Of a DNA stretch of 64,000 bases, positions 24,913 through 37,041 are shown in pieces. The first letter of the stretch is position 1; the number at the start of each line of letters is the position of its first letter. The translations under genes were made by a program, and so were the position numbers. Under the pieces are notes generated by a model. The model saw only the letters and a list, made by a program, of their open reading frames with translations. It searched no databases and was not told where the DNA came from. The stretch is from Diplonema japonicum (Eukaryota; Protista; Euglenozoa: Diplonemea), in contig OZ025677.1 of the NCBI GenBank assembly GCA_964019335.1, forward strand, positions 556,252-620,251, read 5' to 3'.

Positions 24913-25962
24913 TCATGCAGTCATTGGCCGACACACCCTCTCAAGGTCATCATCACCTGCTGTAGCATACCCACTGTCATCAAGAGATTTCACAGTGCAC
25001 ATACTACCATTGGCGCTCGCGAGGGAATAACTGAATTCTTCCTCTTCAGAGTCTCTTGCGCTCTCTTCCTTCAACTCTGTGGACACATTGATGAGAGCCT
25101 CAGCACAGGTGAAGAGCATGACCTTGAAGGCGTAAAGAGCCTCGACTGCTGTGCTGGATGCCTGGACAGCATCTTGAGAGCACAGTTTGGAGAGGGAAGC
25201 GGCGGCCTCGCCTGTCATCCCTTTGATCTCCCCTTGGCTGCTGATCACCTTGTACTTGCTGAACTCCTCGCCCTTCCCGTACCTTTCCCCTACAAGGTTC
25301 ACTACAACCTCAGCCTCCCTGTCACCATCCTTGATGCGCAGTGCACCTTGGAGCAAGACCCTTGTTTCCCTTCTTGTCAGTCTGAAGTTGTCAATTGCAA
25401 CGTTTAAAGGGAAATCAACAAATTTTGTTTGTACATCGCCTTCGTTGCCCAGCTCGTGGAGCTCGTCTAGAACCTCGCCGAACACGGAGCTGCTCCCCAC
25501 AGCAGCCTCGACAATTACGTCGCCTGCTCCGCATGAGCGCCTCAAAGCGTCTTGAAGAACCTGTGCTGTCTGGAGCACCGCCGCACCTTTGCCTTTGACC
25601 TCTTCCCTCTGCTTTGCTTCTTCTTCTTTCCTCGCTGCTTCTTTTTCCTTCTCCTCGAATATTTTTTCCTGCATTTCCCTGAAGTGAGGGTGGTCCTCGA
25701 TCGCGTCCCAAAACCAGTCCTTCTTCACCAGCCACGAGCAGACCTCCTCCTTCTCGGTCTCGTCCTCCTCAAGCCCCTGTAGCTGCGATACGATCTTGCT
25801 GCCTCTGCGGGCCTTCGCTGCGGGTTTCCCCTTCAGCTCCCTCACCAGCCCGTCGATGGAGCTGATCTGCTCGATGCCAAGGTTCTGCAGTTCCGTAAGT
25901 GCGTTCAACGCAGCCTGCTTTTCCTGTCTTTTCAGTCTTCTTATCAAGTGTGAAGTCACCAT
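24913..25962 (-). CDS. Hypothetical protein (349 aa), paralog of 2791-3855
   Basis: Long ORF; core near-identical to the first copy. Confidence 0.8.
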   Translation of the reverse strand: MVTSHLIRRLKRQEKQAALNALTELQNLGIEQISSIDGLVRELKGKPAAKARRGSKIVSQLQGLEEDETEKEEVCSWLVKKDWFWDAIEDHPHFREMQEKIFEEKEKEAARKEEEAKQREEVKGKGAAVLQTAQVLQDALRRSCGAGDVIVEAAVGSSSVFGEVLDELHELGNEGDVQTKFVDFPLNVAIDNFRLTRRETRVLLQGALRIKDGDREAEVVVNLVGERYGKGEEFSKYKVISSQGEIKGMTGEAAASLSKLCSQDAVQASSTAVEALYAFKVMLFTCAEALINVSTELKEESARDSEEEEFSYSLASANGSMCTVKSLDDSGYATAGDDDLERVCRPMTA

Positions 25963-26144
25963 TGTACAGTGTAGTTACAACGCTGTGAGGGGGATGATGG
26001 GGGGTGATAACAAGAAAAATAAATAAAGGGGGGGGGGGAAGGAAAACTTTCATTTGGCGTTTTTGTGCGATTTTAGAGAAAAACCCACGTTGCCAATGAA
26101 GAGTGTTTCGTTTCTTCTTTTTTTTTTCTGGGAATGAAAAGACG

Positions 26145-26242
26145 TTTGTTTTGTGCGCACGAGCGGGTATTTTTACCTAATAAAATAACTCATGACCGCC
26201 ATCAACTAGTTTTTAGTCTCGACAATGTCGTATTGTTGAAAC
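26145..26242. repeat. Short repeat family D (~110 bp)
   Basis: gtgcgcacgagcgg...ttttacctaataaaata...gccatcaactagtttttagtctcgacaat; also at 40843 and 62336. Confidence 0.75.
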
Positions 26243-26572
26243 AAAAAAACAAAAAAAAAGAAAAACAGTAAAAAGAAGCGGAGAAAAAAGGTGGTCACAG
26301 TTTTGCTGCCGCCTAAGGGTGAGCTTTGCCCATAAAAAAAAAAAAAGAATAGGCAACTACTTGTTTCTTTTCACTTTACGTTAGGATGAACCAAACTAGG
26401 GGAAAAGTCCTAGTTTTCTCTCTCTCTCTTTTTTTTTTTTTTTTAGTAGGTAAAAATAAGCTAACAAAAAAAAAAAAAAACAAAAAAAAAAAAAACGTTC
26501 AGTTTTTTGGAGGGAAAAAATTCATTCACTCATTTATCATTCTTACATTCCCCCCCCCTCCCCTTTCTTCTC

Positions 26573-28201
26573 TTAGGGGTTGTTATAATATCCCCACCTG
26601 TCCCAGAAGTCACAGACATCCTTCTTAAGGTCTTTCTTCATCATTGTCGGGGTCATGAACGACATGAAATTGTCCGTCCCATCAGGCGCTACCCCGTACT
26701 CAGCCCAGGTCAGCCCATTGCAGTTTTCACAAACCGGAGATTTCGAATCAGTCAATGATGACCAAAAGGAAGACATCACTGCAGACAAGGCATGGTCAGA
26801 CGGCAGCCAATAAGAAGCAGGAAGGTTCCAAACATAAGGAATCTCACTGGAGTGACTATCCCCTGTAGTGTTGTAGCTCGGGGTGTTGAGCGTCTGGTTA
26901 AATTGGTAAGTGAACACAGGCTGGCTCCGCTTGGAGTTACCCCGCAACGCACGGAGAAGGTGCCTGGTTGGGCAGGCAAATATAAAATCGGTGATCAAAT
27001 TCTGACACTTCACCTCCACAGTGGGAAAACCCAATCCAGAGTAAAACTCATCGACCGCTTCCGACATGGTCTCATTGAAGAAATGCCTCAGAGTTCTCTC
27101 CCACCCGTTTTTATCAAAAAACGCTGGAAAGTCACCGTTCACAACAAGCGGGATAATAGGCGAAAAGGCAGTACCCTCATCGTGACACGTGCCCATGACA
27201 ATCGGTACGTCGGCAGCCTCACCCTTCACAGCAGCTTCGTAAGGACGCATAGTCAAAGCGGAACCATCGATGACAGGGAAGTAAGGCATAACAGGCATCA
27301 GACGGGGCATGATGCCAATATCGTTCTTTGGGAAGAGATGTCTCCATTCTAATAAAGGCGACATGACATCGCCCAGCGGCATGGATCGCAGGCAATGGAG
27401 TTGGTTTGGACCTGATGGACAGCCTACTTTTTGCGAATACACCTCGCCGAATTCTGTTGAGTTCTTCAAGGGTGCGAAAGAGATGTCCGACACCGGTACA
27501 GAACTCTCGCACACCGCAGCGTGGAACAGGCCACGTGAACCGGGCATGGCAAGGTGCGCTGTGACGGAGATCGCTCCTGCAGACTGTCCGAATATCATAA
27601 CATTGTCCTTGTTCCCTCCAAACGATGCGATATTGTTCTGCACCCATTTCAAGGCGTATTGTTGGTCGAGGAGACCGTAATTCCCGGTGGTGTTGTGCTC
27701 CTTCATCAGGCCGTCCAGGGCGAGGAAGCCCAGGTTTGAGAGGCGGTAGTTCATCGCCACGACGATCTTGTTGTGCTTGAGCGCAAGGTTCTTCCCGTTG
27801 AACGCATTCCCTGCGTCTTCCGAACCAGTCACAAAGCCACCCCCGTATATCCATGCCATCACACCTAGGTTTTGGTTAGCACTCGCGTTCGCAGGACGGT
27901 AGACATCTAATGTAAGGCAGTCTTCTTCGCCGAGAAGGATGCCTTTGTAGATATGGATTTGTGGGCATTCGGGTGGTTGTGTTCTGTCGTTAAGTCGCTT
28001 AACGCCGTTCCATTTTTGAGCAGGGGTGGGGGGGGCGAACCTGTTCTGGCCCACGGGTGAGGCCGCGAATGGGATTCCCCAGAAGTATTCTGTTCCCGTT
28101 ATGCTGTCTACATGGCCTTCGACCTTCCCGTACTGTGTGTCCACCACCAACCCGGCGTTGCAGGCGGACAGGGCCGCTGCGAGCGTTATCGCTTTTAACA
28201 T
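26573..28201 (-). CDS. Secreted type-B carboxylesterase / cholinesterase-family hydrolase
   Basis: Signal peptide; FWGIPFA, EDCLTLDV, oxyanion hole YGGGF, NYRL, GNYGLLDQ, nucleophile elbow GQSAG, putative triad Glu (DEG) and His (GDSHSSE). Confidence 0.95.
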   Translation of the reverse strand: MLKAITLAAALSACNAGLVVDTQYGKVEGHVDSITGTEYFWGIPFAASPVGQNRFAPPTPAQKWNGVKRLNDRTQPPECPQIHIYKGILLGEEDCLTLDVYRPANASANQNLGVMAWIYGGGFVTGSEDAGNAFNGKNLALKHNKIVVAMNYRLSNLGFLALDGLMKEHNTTGNYGLLDQQYALKWVQNNIASFGGNKDNVMIFGQSAGAISVTAHLAMPGSRGLFHAAVCESSVPVSDISFAPLKNSTEFGEVYSQKVGCPSGPNQLHCLRSMPLGDVMSPLLEWRHLFPKNDIGIMPRLMPVMPYFPVIDGSALTMRPYEAAVKGEAADVPIVMGTCHDEGTAFSPIIPLVVNGDFPAFFDKNGWERTLRHFFNETMSEAVDEFYSGLGFPTVEVKCQNLITDFIFACPTRHLLRALRGNSKRSQPVFTYQFNQTLNTPSYNTTGDSHSSEIPYVWNLPASYWLPSDHALSAVMSSFWSSLTDSKSPVCENCNGLTWAEYGVAPDGTDNFMSFMTPTMMKKDLKKDVCDFWDRWGYYNNP

Positions 28202-28411
28202 TATTTTTCTCCCCCGTTTCTAAAATGTGCTGAAAAAGTGGGGGTAAAAAAAAAAAAATGATTGGGACAATCATCTCAAACAGCGGTTTCGAGTTTATAA
28301 TGTTATAAAAAAAAAAAAAAAAAAAAGACTGTTGCAAATGCAACGATGGAATGGGGGAGAATAAGTGGGGGAATGGGGGAGCGATTAGAGTGTTAAGAGC
28401 AGGTTTCCCAC

Positions 28412-28446
<35 letters not shown>

Positions 28447-28474
28447 CGGGTGAAAGGGTTTCACTAGACTGCAA

Positions 28475-28516
<42 letters not shown>

Positions 28517-28901
28517 TTGCTGTTGCCGATGTTTGTGTTTGGAAAAAAATCTACAAACGTATACGTTTCCACCCTTTTTTTGTTTACGGGAAAAACTTGA
28601 AATTTTCAAACATTCAAATATTTTGTCCACCACGGTTACCCATCCACGGTTATCGCGCAAAGATTTTACAGCGTGCAGCTTAGTTAAAGATTCTAATCGG
28701 AGGGAAGAGAGGAGGTGAGAGGGGCACAACCATAACACGTGCAAACACGGATATGCCACTGAGCGCACTGAGGTAGTTTTTCTTTCTCGTTTTCTTCTTC
28801 TTTTTCTTTTTTTCTTTTTCTTTTGACGTTGTGTAATATCTCTTCAACCTGGGCGTCGCCTTGCAGGTTCCAGAAGTGCAGTGCTTTTTTTTTCTTTCTT
28901 T

Positions 28902-29837
28902 GAGCTCGTCCGGAAAAAAATGTCAACAAATAACCCTCTTTTGCAACGGAAAATCGTCGGAAAATTTCTAAGTACAAAAGTAGTCCGACACCACTTTGTG
29001 TGCAGAATTACGGTCTAAGTGTGTTCACCATATAGGTCACAATGCACGCCGTTTGTTTCATTTCTAAGACGCGCGATGCAACATGCTTTTTAGAATGGTT
29101 TTTTTTAGTTTTTGGCATTCGGAAATTGTAAATGACCTCCATATTTCTTTTTGTTTTCTTCAATAGAAAGCGAGAAGAAATGGACGCAGATGGGAAATCT
29201 GTGGAACTTAAGGGGTCATTCTGGGTGTTTGGGCTCTTTATCGCTATTAAGATGGGGTGGGGAAAATACTGCCATTTTGGCTATTTTAGGCTACAATGCC
29301 CATTTTAGGCTAAAATCCCTTAAGGGCCCTTTAAGCAAACTTCTCTATGATCGATGGGTAGATAATGCATATTTGACCCCAAAGAGATGTTGAGCAGGCA
29401 AGTATTAAGAATTGGGTTTTCAGGAAAATGGGCCTTTTAGGCAAAAAATAGGGCTAAAAAAAACGGTTCTTGGGGGGCTATGCAACGCCATATATTTTTC
29501 GCTAAGTACTTTTAACAGTAACCCGACCCTGGGTTGTACCCAGGGGTCACAAAGGTGTGTGTTCACCACTTTTATGCACCCTAGGTGCTGCACTGCATTT
29601 TAAACATTTTTCGTCGTTTTTCTGACCTCCGTTTTTCGCTTCCCGGGGGCAGCCTGTTGCAAAGCCTGCCACCCTCATGGCAAAACAAGCATCGCAATTG
29701 AAAGAACGGCAACAGGTACACCATATATGTCATCTTCCTATGGTTGCATGCTGCTCTTTTTTTGCTCAAATAATCAAAACAAGAAGTTTTCGGAGGTGCC
29801 CAAAAAAGTGTTGACATTTTTTTTTTCGGACGAGCTC
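28902..29837. mobile_element. MITE family A, copy 2
   Basis: Collinear with 12252-13271; same TIRs; ATAT on the right flank only. Confidence 0.85.
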
Positions 29838-29906
29838 ATATATTTTTTTTTTCCCCCTTTTCTCTTCACTTCCCTTTTTTGCTTTTTTGCTGGGAAGAAA
29901 GCAAAA

Positions 29907-29939
<33 letters not shown>

Positions 29940-30883
29940 AAAGAAAGAGAGAAAAAATAAAAAAAAAAGAGTCCGTATAAAGAAAAAAAGGCATTTTTTT
30001 TTTATCTGTGCGCACATCCATAGAGATTCTTAATAAGAAAAAGAAATAATTGTTTATGAATATATGTTCGCGCGAGCACGCGTGCATGTAGTCATAAAAT
30101 CACCTCTTTTGTTCTCAGTAGATACTTCATTCGCCATTCTCAACATCCTCTTATTAACTGACAAGCTGGCTTTCCAAATGGAGTTTCGGACTGAAGACGT
30201 TTAGTTCTTCAGCAACATGCCAGACAAAAGGAATTCGAGAGAAAGCAGCATATTTTCTTTTTTTTTTTTTTTGGAAAGCAATGAAAAAAAAAAAAAAAAA
30301 AAGAGTTGATTTTTTCAGCATTCGCAATTTGCGCAACACAGTGGGATAAATACTGCATGCTACCATTTTTCTTTTTTTTTTTTTTTTTTGCTAAAAAAAA
30401 TACAAAAACAAAAAGATTGATAAGTGTACGGGTGGGTGCTCTTCACCGTTCAGGGGCGGGGAGGGGGATTCACATAATAAAAAAAAAAAAAATAAATAAA
30501 AACGAACCCATAAAAGATTTATTGATAATATACAAAGGCAGGGGCCCCCGAACGGGTTTTTTCCCCGTTAGACCTGCAGTATTTTTGGCTGATTCTTGGA
30601 CCCTTTTTTAAAGTGTATGTTAAGTGGGCCTCTCAGCCAGCACACTATTAAAATCTTTTTCTTTTCTGTGCTTTTCCTGCAGAAACTCAGCTTGCCAGCA
30701 TTCCACGTATCATAAAACTGTGCTGATCGCCAAAAGACGATTCAGCTTCTCAGGTTTCATTGCTGTCCTGAGCCCTGAAACTGTACTGCCTAAAAGGGGG
30801 CCTACCGCGGGTACAAGAAAAATACGTAAACCGGCGATTTCAAAAAAGAATTGCTTAGAGAAATAGTTCAAAAGCTAGGGGTA

Positions 30884-30913
<30 letters not shown>

Positions 30914-30917
<4 letters not shown>

Positions 30918-31792
30918 TTAAAATCTTCATCTCCATGTTCCATCCTGTGCTCCGTGAGGTCCGCATAAACAGGAATATTGAGATCCCTGCACTCCTTCAG
31001 CGTCGGGTCGGGGCGGGCGGGCATATCAAACAGGAGGTGGAAAGAAAACTCAAAAAAAAACCCATCGAGCCCATTAGTGTGCTCGAGCATGTGCCCGGCC
31101 ATAGAAAGGTTTTGAATAAGCCTGTAGTCGGCAAACGTTCTCCTATCGAGGACCCTCTTGGGAACAATAAACTCCCCGCAACACCACGCAGTCCAACCTG
31201 TAGGACTTCCTTTGTAAGACTCCACCAGCCTTGGGTAGTTCAACGAAGCAGGAAGGCTGTTCATGATATTTTCCTCGATTTTCCAGTGTTCTTCAGGCCT
31301 CCCAAACCAACCTGGGTTGTAGGTGTTTGCAACGGGTGTGAATATGCCCCGCCGTTGAGCGCATTCAACAGATCGGTGCAAATATGTCTGGACAGGTATT
31401 TCACTTGTGTGCCATGACCATGTGTGGCCGTGGAGGAAGACTACCCACTCAGCAGTGGGTTTGGCAGGATCGGGGTCTTGTAGGTATGTGTAGTAGCCAA
31501 AGGCCTCTGTGCAGCGGTGGTGATGTGGGGAGATGCACCGTTTCGCTCTAACCCAGACGTTGTAGCCTTTGTTGATGATCTTTGGGAGGAACAGCTTGAC
31601 CTTTTGCAGGTCGCCGCCTAGCACCACGATGACGTCCTTTCTGTTGTCCTCATTAACCCACCAGTATCCCATCGAGTTGTACCCTGTCGGTGTTGGGGCT
31701 TTTTTTGACAGTTCCGACCTCTTGTCGATTTTGCTTAATGTGAACAGCGACATCATTATCGATAAGAGGATCGTGACCTTTGTGAACTTCAT
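30914..31792 (-). CDS. DUF3431-like protein with N-terminal membrane anchor
   Basis: EAFGYYTYL, VVFLHGHTWSWH, CCGEFIV and GFFFEFSFHLLF resemble the conserved blocks of DUF3431 (recognised from memory); hydrophobic N-terminus. Confidence 0.7.
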
Positions 31793-31855
31793 GGTTTTTT
31801 TTTTTTTTTTTTTTTTTTTCCCCTTTTTTCTTTTTTTTTTTTTTTTTGTGTTGAA

Positions 31856-31886
<31 letters not shown>

Positions 31887-31899
31887 TAAAAAAAAATGA

Positions 31900-32231
31900 C
31901 TATTTGTCCTGGAGCTCCCTAAGCCTCCTGATGGTGGACTTCACGGTCGAGCTGTTTACGGTGTGCAGGGACCAGGCGCCGCCGGCGAAAGTGATCTTGC
32001 ACGGTCCGTTGCAGTGCCAAATACCAACGGCCTTCCTCTTGATGGAGAACTTTCCGCACTGGGCGCAGAAATGCTTGGAGTGCTGCGAGATTTCGATCTT
32101 CTTCACACGCTTCCTCAGGTTCGCACCGTACCTTTTTTATTTATTTATTTTCTTCTTCTTTTTTTTTTTTTATAGAAATACCTGGTACCGAACTTACCAG
32201 TGATGCCAACTTTAACAGTCCTCTTACCCAT
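31900..32231 (-). CDS. RPL37A: 60S ribosomal protein eL43 (L37a), two exons: 32231-32182 and 32131-31900
   Basis: Spliced product [44 protein letters not shown]...GIWHCNGPC...AGGAW (93 aa) after removing a 50-nt GT-AG intron. Confidence 0.97.
32132..32181 (-). other. 50-nt spliceosomal-type cis-intron (GT...AG)
   Basis: Removal restores the conserved GKFGTRYG motif in frame. Confidence 0.92.
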
Positions 32232-32964
32232 TTTTGTTTTGGTTTTTTTTTTTTTTTTTTTTTTTTTTTTGTTCTCCTGAGGGGGATTTCTTTTTTTGTT
32301 GTTGTTTGGAAAAAAAAAAAGAAGAAGAAAAAAAAAACTTTTGAAAAAAGAGTTGGAGGAGAAACAATGACGAAGGTTTGAAGGGAGAGGGGTGGGGAGA
32401 AAAATATAAAAGTTCTTTCAGTTTAAAAAAAGAAAAGGATGAAAAAAAAAAAAAAAAAGAATCCGCTGGTTTTTGTTTGGGGAAAATTGGTGGAGAGTGA
32501 AATCTGTCCACATCAAAATAATACAACATATTTTTTGATTTTCTTTTTGTTGGTCTTTGTCGTTTTCAGACGGAATTTCTTTTTTTTTTTTTTTTTTTTT
32601 TTTTTTGTGAACAAAACTGAAGTAGAAATAAAGGGGGGGGGAAAAGAATTAAAAAAAAATGCATGGCATTTTTTTAGGTTGGCTTAAAACTTGTAGCTTT
32701 TCGCTCTACTGCTCCGCCCTTAAGCAACAATCGATCTCCTTTTTTTGCGAGGATTTTACCTTCTTGCCTCTGGGGAAGAAAGTGTTCCTCGTCGCAATCT
32801 TGTGCTCCTGGGCTGCGCAATTAACTCAAGAAAGTGGCGCAAATCAACCATCCTGGAAAAAAAAAAAAAAAAAAAATGCTTCGTACCCAATTTCACCAAC
32901 TGTTTCCCTTACTTTCCCCACCCCCCGAGATGCCAAAAAGTCAGGCAACTTTTAAGCCCTTATG

Positions 32965-33005
<41 letters not shown>

Positions 33006-33984
33006 TAAACTCACACCATTATTGCCTTTTTCCGCCATGTTCGTCGCAGATTAAATAGCAATTTCTGTGGAGTACAGTGACTCAAATGACGAAAAAGGGT
33101 ATAAAAAGACCTTACACACGGCTTAACGAGCCATTTCTTAACTCCAGTTGCCCGTTTTCTTTCAGTGACAATTTTTATTTTTAAAAAAAAAAAAAAACCT
33201 TACATATATAGAGAAAAAGGGAGCTGACAAAAAAAGAATTCCCAAACACCCGCCTTTAGTTTCTTTAGTTTAGTAGAGACACTTTTTTTTTTCTTTTTTT
33301 TTTTTCCTTTTTTTTTTTCTTCTTTCCATTTTCTTTTTTTTACAGCATTTTAAATAATTTAACTGTCTTAAAAACAACGTGTGTATCTTGAGTAGCAAGA
33401 TCCCCCCCCCCCCCCCCCCCCGACTTCTTATGTACACCATATAGAGGGAGCAAAGGGCGAAAAACTGGGGTGGGGTTGGCATTAAATAAAATTCTTTCGA
33501 CATTTCTTTTTTGCATTCTATTTTTTTTCTTCCAACAAAAAAAAGATAAAAAGCTAGTTATGGTGCACCACAGTTAAAAAAAAAAAAGAGAAAAAAAAAA
33601 GTGGAATAGGTACATAGGTATGAAACAAAGGTAGCTAAGAAGGGATATAAATCGTGGGTAAACTCCGGGTATGGCCTCCCTATCCCCCCCCCCCCAACCC
33701 CAACCGTCTCAAAAAATAAGGAAAAAAAGATCTTTATGGCATGCAATACTATATACATTTCTTCTTTCCTCTTTTTGAGAAAACAACGTAATCAACCTTC
33801 TCCCCCTTTCCCCCCCTGATTTTTTTTGCTTTTTTGCTGGCTTTAGTAGCCAAGTTTTTTGTTTTGGTTTGTACGTTGAGTTCCTCTTTCCCCCCCCCCT
33901 TCTTCCTTTTTTTCTTTTTTTTCTTTTCCCCCAAACATTAAAATTGAAGAAGGTTTTTCAAAGAAAACAAAAAAAAAAAAAATA

Positions 33985-35635
33985 CTGTAAAACGAAAAAC
34001 TCCCGGACGGAAAAATGTCCGAGTTTTTTTGGCGTCCGGGAATTTTTCCGTCCGGGAGTTTTTCCGTCCGGGAATTTTTTTTAGGTAAGGCCGTCAGGGG
34101 GCCTGGTCCACTACCACCTACATACTGGCCTGGGCTGCAAACGGCAACCGCGCGAAGAAACCCCCAGGGTTCCCTTTCTGCATCTTTGTCCTCCCTTGCT
34201 GCCCCTGAGGCAATCAGCTTGTCGAGCCTTCGTGTGGCCTACTACCTTTCTTAATAGATGCTTTACAGCTGCGTTCAACCCAATATCCATCGGTTGAACC
34301 ATGTAGGTGAGCCCAGGGGGACAAAAGCAATGTGCACGTTTGCGCCTGCGAACCACTCTACGAACCCATAGGCATAGGTCGTATGAGAGTTGTGGTCGCC
34401 GACAAGCAGCAGAATCGGCCCGTTCGGCAAAACCATGGGAATCGATGATTTATAGCAAAAAGGAAGAAACAGCTCCGTAACCCAGATACCGAGTATCATA
34501 ATTAGCCCAATGATTGGGCGATGCCGTTAGGCTCCATTCGGTGGGCGGGTGCTTGACCGGGGCACGGATAATCCCTGCCGGTTGCGTTTCCGCTTTGCCT
34601 TTGTATTTAACCATCCAGCCAAGGAAACAGCCAGCTGTTCGGTTATAGCCCGTTTTGTCCCCCAAGCCACGGACTTTTACGACCTTAGCACCCCTTTTTT
34701 TTGTTTTGGTTTTTAACCCCGTATTCCAGACCAATTCCGGCCTTACTTTATGGGTGTCGATTATGGACCTGAATTCCATGGTGAAACAGCGTGCCTTCTC
34801 GTTGTCCTTCTCGTTTCCGGGCTTTCCGGAGGTGGCTTGCGGCTTTTGTCTTTCTTGCTGCAAAATTTTGTCAGCCTAGCCAGTGGAAAAGGACAGTGCC
34901 CCACCAAAGTCTACCAGTCTGTCTTTCGGGCTGGATTGGCGCACAGCAGCCCTTCTGCATAGGTGCATATTTGTTGTGCTGGGATAGGCTCACCAAGCCC
35001 GTTTACCTATCGACTCAAGCAAAAACCTTTCAGCCCCCGAAGGATGCTAAATCCCGTATTGGGCGATACGCAGCTATCACGGCGTCGCGGCGGCCAGGGT
35101 GTGGTTGGGTGGAATAGCAACGTCCAGTATTTCCGTCTGGAAGAAACCGGGGGCTCTGTTGAACCTGTTGCTGCCGTCTTCTGACCGAGGCAGAGGCCGC
35201 CAAGCTGCTTTCGGGGGTTTGTACTGGCCCGGTGTAAGGGGTTTATCTCCTCCACCTCTCGGGGGTGAGCTGGCCGGGGGTGTCAGCACCAAAGTTGGGC
35301 CCCTCACAAGCCAGCTGCTCAACGTGCCATGGGTAGTCGAACTGGTCAATTTGACGAAAGAAGTATGGGTTTATGAGAAGTTAAAGATCCCGTGGGTGCT
35401 GTTTGCTGGTGCATTGAAAGGGGAAGAAAAATTCAAACTGCCACGCAGGGTGACATTTTGGCTCTGCACAAGGAATAAAGCCCTTCCAGGCAAACGTGGT
35501 GGGAGCTGCTACCCCCCTTAAGTAAAAAAACTTCTTCCCAGAAAAACTCCCGGACGGAAAAATGTCCGGGTTTTTTTGGTGTCCGGGAGTTTTTCTGTCC
35601 GAGAATTTTTCCGTCCGACATTATTCGTTTTACAG
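33985..35635 (-). mobile_element. Decayed pogo-like (Tc1/mariner superfamily) DNA transposon
   Basis: TIR CTGTAAAACGAA at both ends, TA on both flanks, subterminal CCCGGACGGAAAAA repeats, frameshifted DDE_1-type transposase pieces. Confidence 0.85.
34200..34870 (-). pseudogene. Frameshifted pogo/DDE_1 transposase remnant
   Basis: Fragments in different frames: PELVWNTG, LLLVGDHNSH, PPGLTYMVQPMDIGLNAAVK. Confidence 0.8.
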
Positions 35636-35637
35636 TA

Positions 35638-35677
35638 TATATATGAGTTAAAGGAGGCCGGTGTTGGCGGCGCCCTT
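35638..35677 (-). repeat. 3' stub of SINE-like family B
   Basis: atatatgagttaaaggaggccggtgttggcggcgccct, identical to 41271-41308. Confidence 0.85.
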
Positions 35678-35820
35678 AAGAGAAAAAAAAAAAAAGAGAA
35701 AAAAAAAATAAAAAAGAAAACTTTAAAAAAAAAAAAAAACAGAATAGAAATTCTTTTTTTTTTTTTTTAAAAAGGGGGTATCAGAGATCCTCCCTGGAGA
35801 GCTTGTTGATATGTGTGGAA

Positions 35821-35873
<53 letters not shown>

Positions 35874-35881
35874 TAGCACTA

Positions 35882-36079
35882 CTGTAAAACAAAACTATCG
35901 CACGGACAACATAACAATTTTATTTGTTGTCGATTTGTAGCATATGTGTGTGCACGCGGCATATATTCTGTGGAATAACTACTGGATGCTTCCACTATTT
36001 GAGCAGTTTTGCACAAAGGTGGGCCGTTTTCTTTCAAGCGGCCAAGGCCTGCAGGTTTTGCCCCGTTTTGTTTTTACAG
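35882..36079. mobile_element. ~200-bp MITE with pogo-like ends
   Basis: TA|CTGTAAAACAAAAC ... GTTTTGTTTTTACAG|TA. Confidence 0.65.
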
Positions 36080-36110
36080 TATTTCCTTTTTTTGCAAGTA
36101 TAAAATACAA

Positions 36111-36385
36111 GAGTTAAAGGAGGCCGGTGTTGGCAGCGCCCTGCACAAGAACTGTCTACTTGATTACAGGGGGTGCACCGCGGCCGAGTTGTAGCTTCTT
36201 CTGCGTTCCGCGTCGTGTCCTTAATGCGTGCGGTGTGCAACTCAACCCTAGCCGGGGGCGTCCCGGTAGCCAAAATTCCGCGCTCGTGCTCTACCACTCG
36301 GGCGCTACCGGTGATGACCGACGAGGAGGTCAACAGCGAACAACTCTGATGTACTTCTTTATATTTCCATGTTATCCCCACCACT
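36111..36385 (-). repeat. SINE-like family B copy (internal deletion)
   Basis: Collinear with 41271-41594. Confidence 0.85.
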
Positions 36386-36429
36386 TGAATAAAAAAAAAC
36401 AAAATAAAAAAAAAAATAAAAAACCCCAC

Positions 36430-36466
<37 letters not shown>

Positions 36467-36534
36467 CAATGTGACGAGAGAAGTGTTAGTAAAATGCCGC
36501 CCCTGTTAATTGTTGTTGAAAAAAGAAATTTTCA

Positions 36535-36566
<32 letters not shown>

Positions 36567-36658
36567 TCAACAGCATGAAACCGCCGCCAGAGGTGAAATG
36601 GATCAAAGGGCTTGCACTTAAAAAAAGAAATAATAATAATAATAATAACATAAAGGAT

Positions 36659-36835
36659 AAAGGAGGTCAGTGTTGGCGGCGCCCTGCACAAGCACGTGTC
36701 TACTTGATTACAGGGGGCGCACCTCGGCCGAGCTGTAGTTTCCTCAGCAGTGTGCAGCTCAACCCCAGCCGTGCGAACTCGTGCCCACAAGGAGGTCAAC
36801 AGCAAGGAGGTTAACAGCAAACAACACATCTGATG
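36659..36835 (-). repeat. Degenerate SINE-like family B copy
   Basis: aaggaggtcagtgttggcggcgccctgcacaag...aacacatctgatg. Confidence 0.75.
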
Positions 36836-36864
36836 TACTACTTATATCTCTGGGAACAAACAAA

Positions 36865-36907
<43 letters not shown>

Positions 36908-36945
36908 ACCCACTGTCATGTGTCTCCTACGGAAAACTGCTCGAA

Positions 36946-37041
36946 GAGGAACTGGCCGTTGTTTGTACATGCGGGTAAAACCTGGAGAAAGTTTGCCAAA
37001 GTTCCCCTTTTGTTGAGACAAAGTCAAAGACTCGTTCTTGC
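36946..37041. repeat. Repeat family C copy
   Basis: Consensus match with a short internal deletion. Confidence 0.8.

Noticed and set aside
33996-34082. CRISPR-like short repeat array
   Set aside because: Mixed-orientation subterminal repeats of the pogo element with no unique spacers; eukaryotic context.
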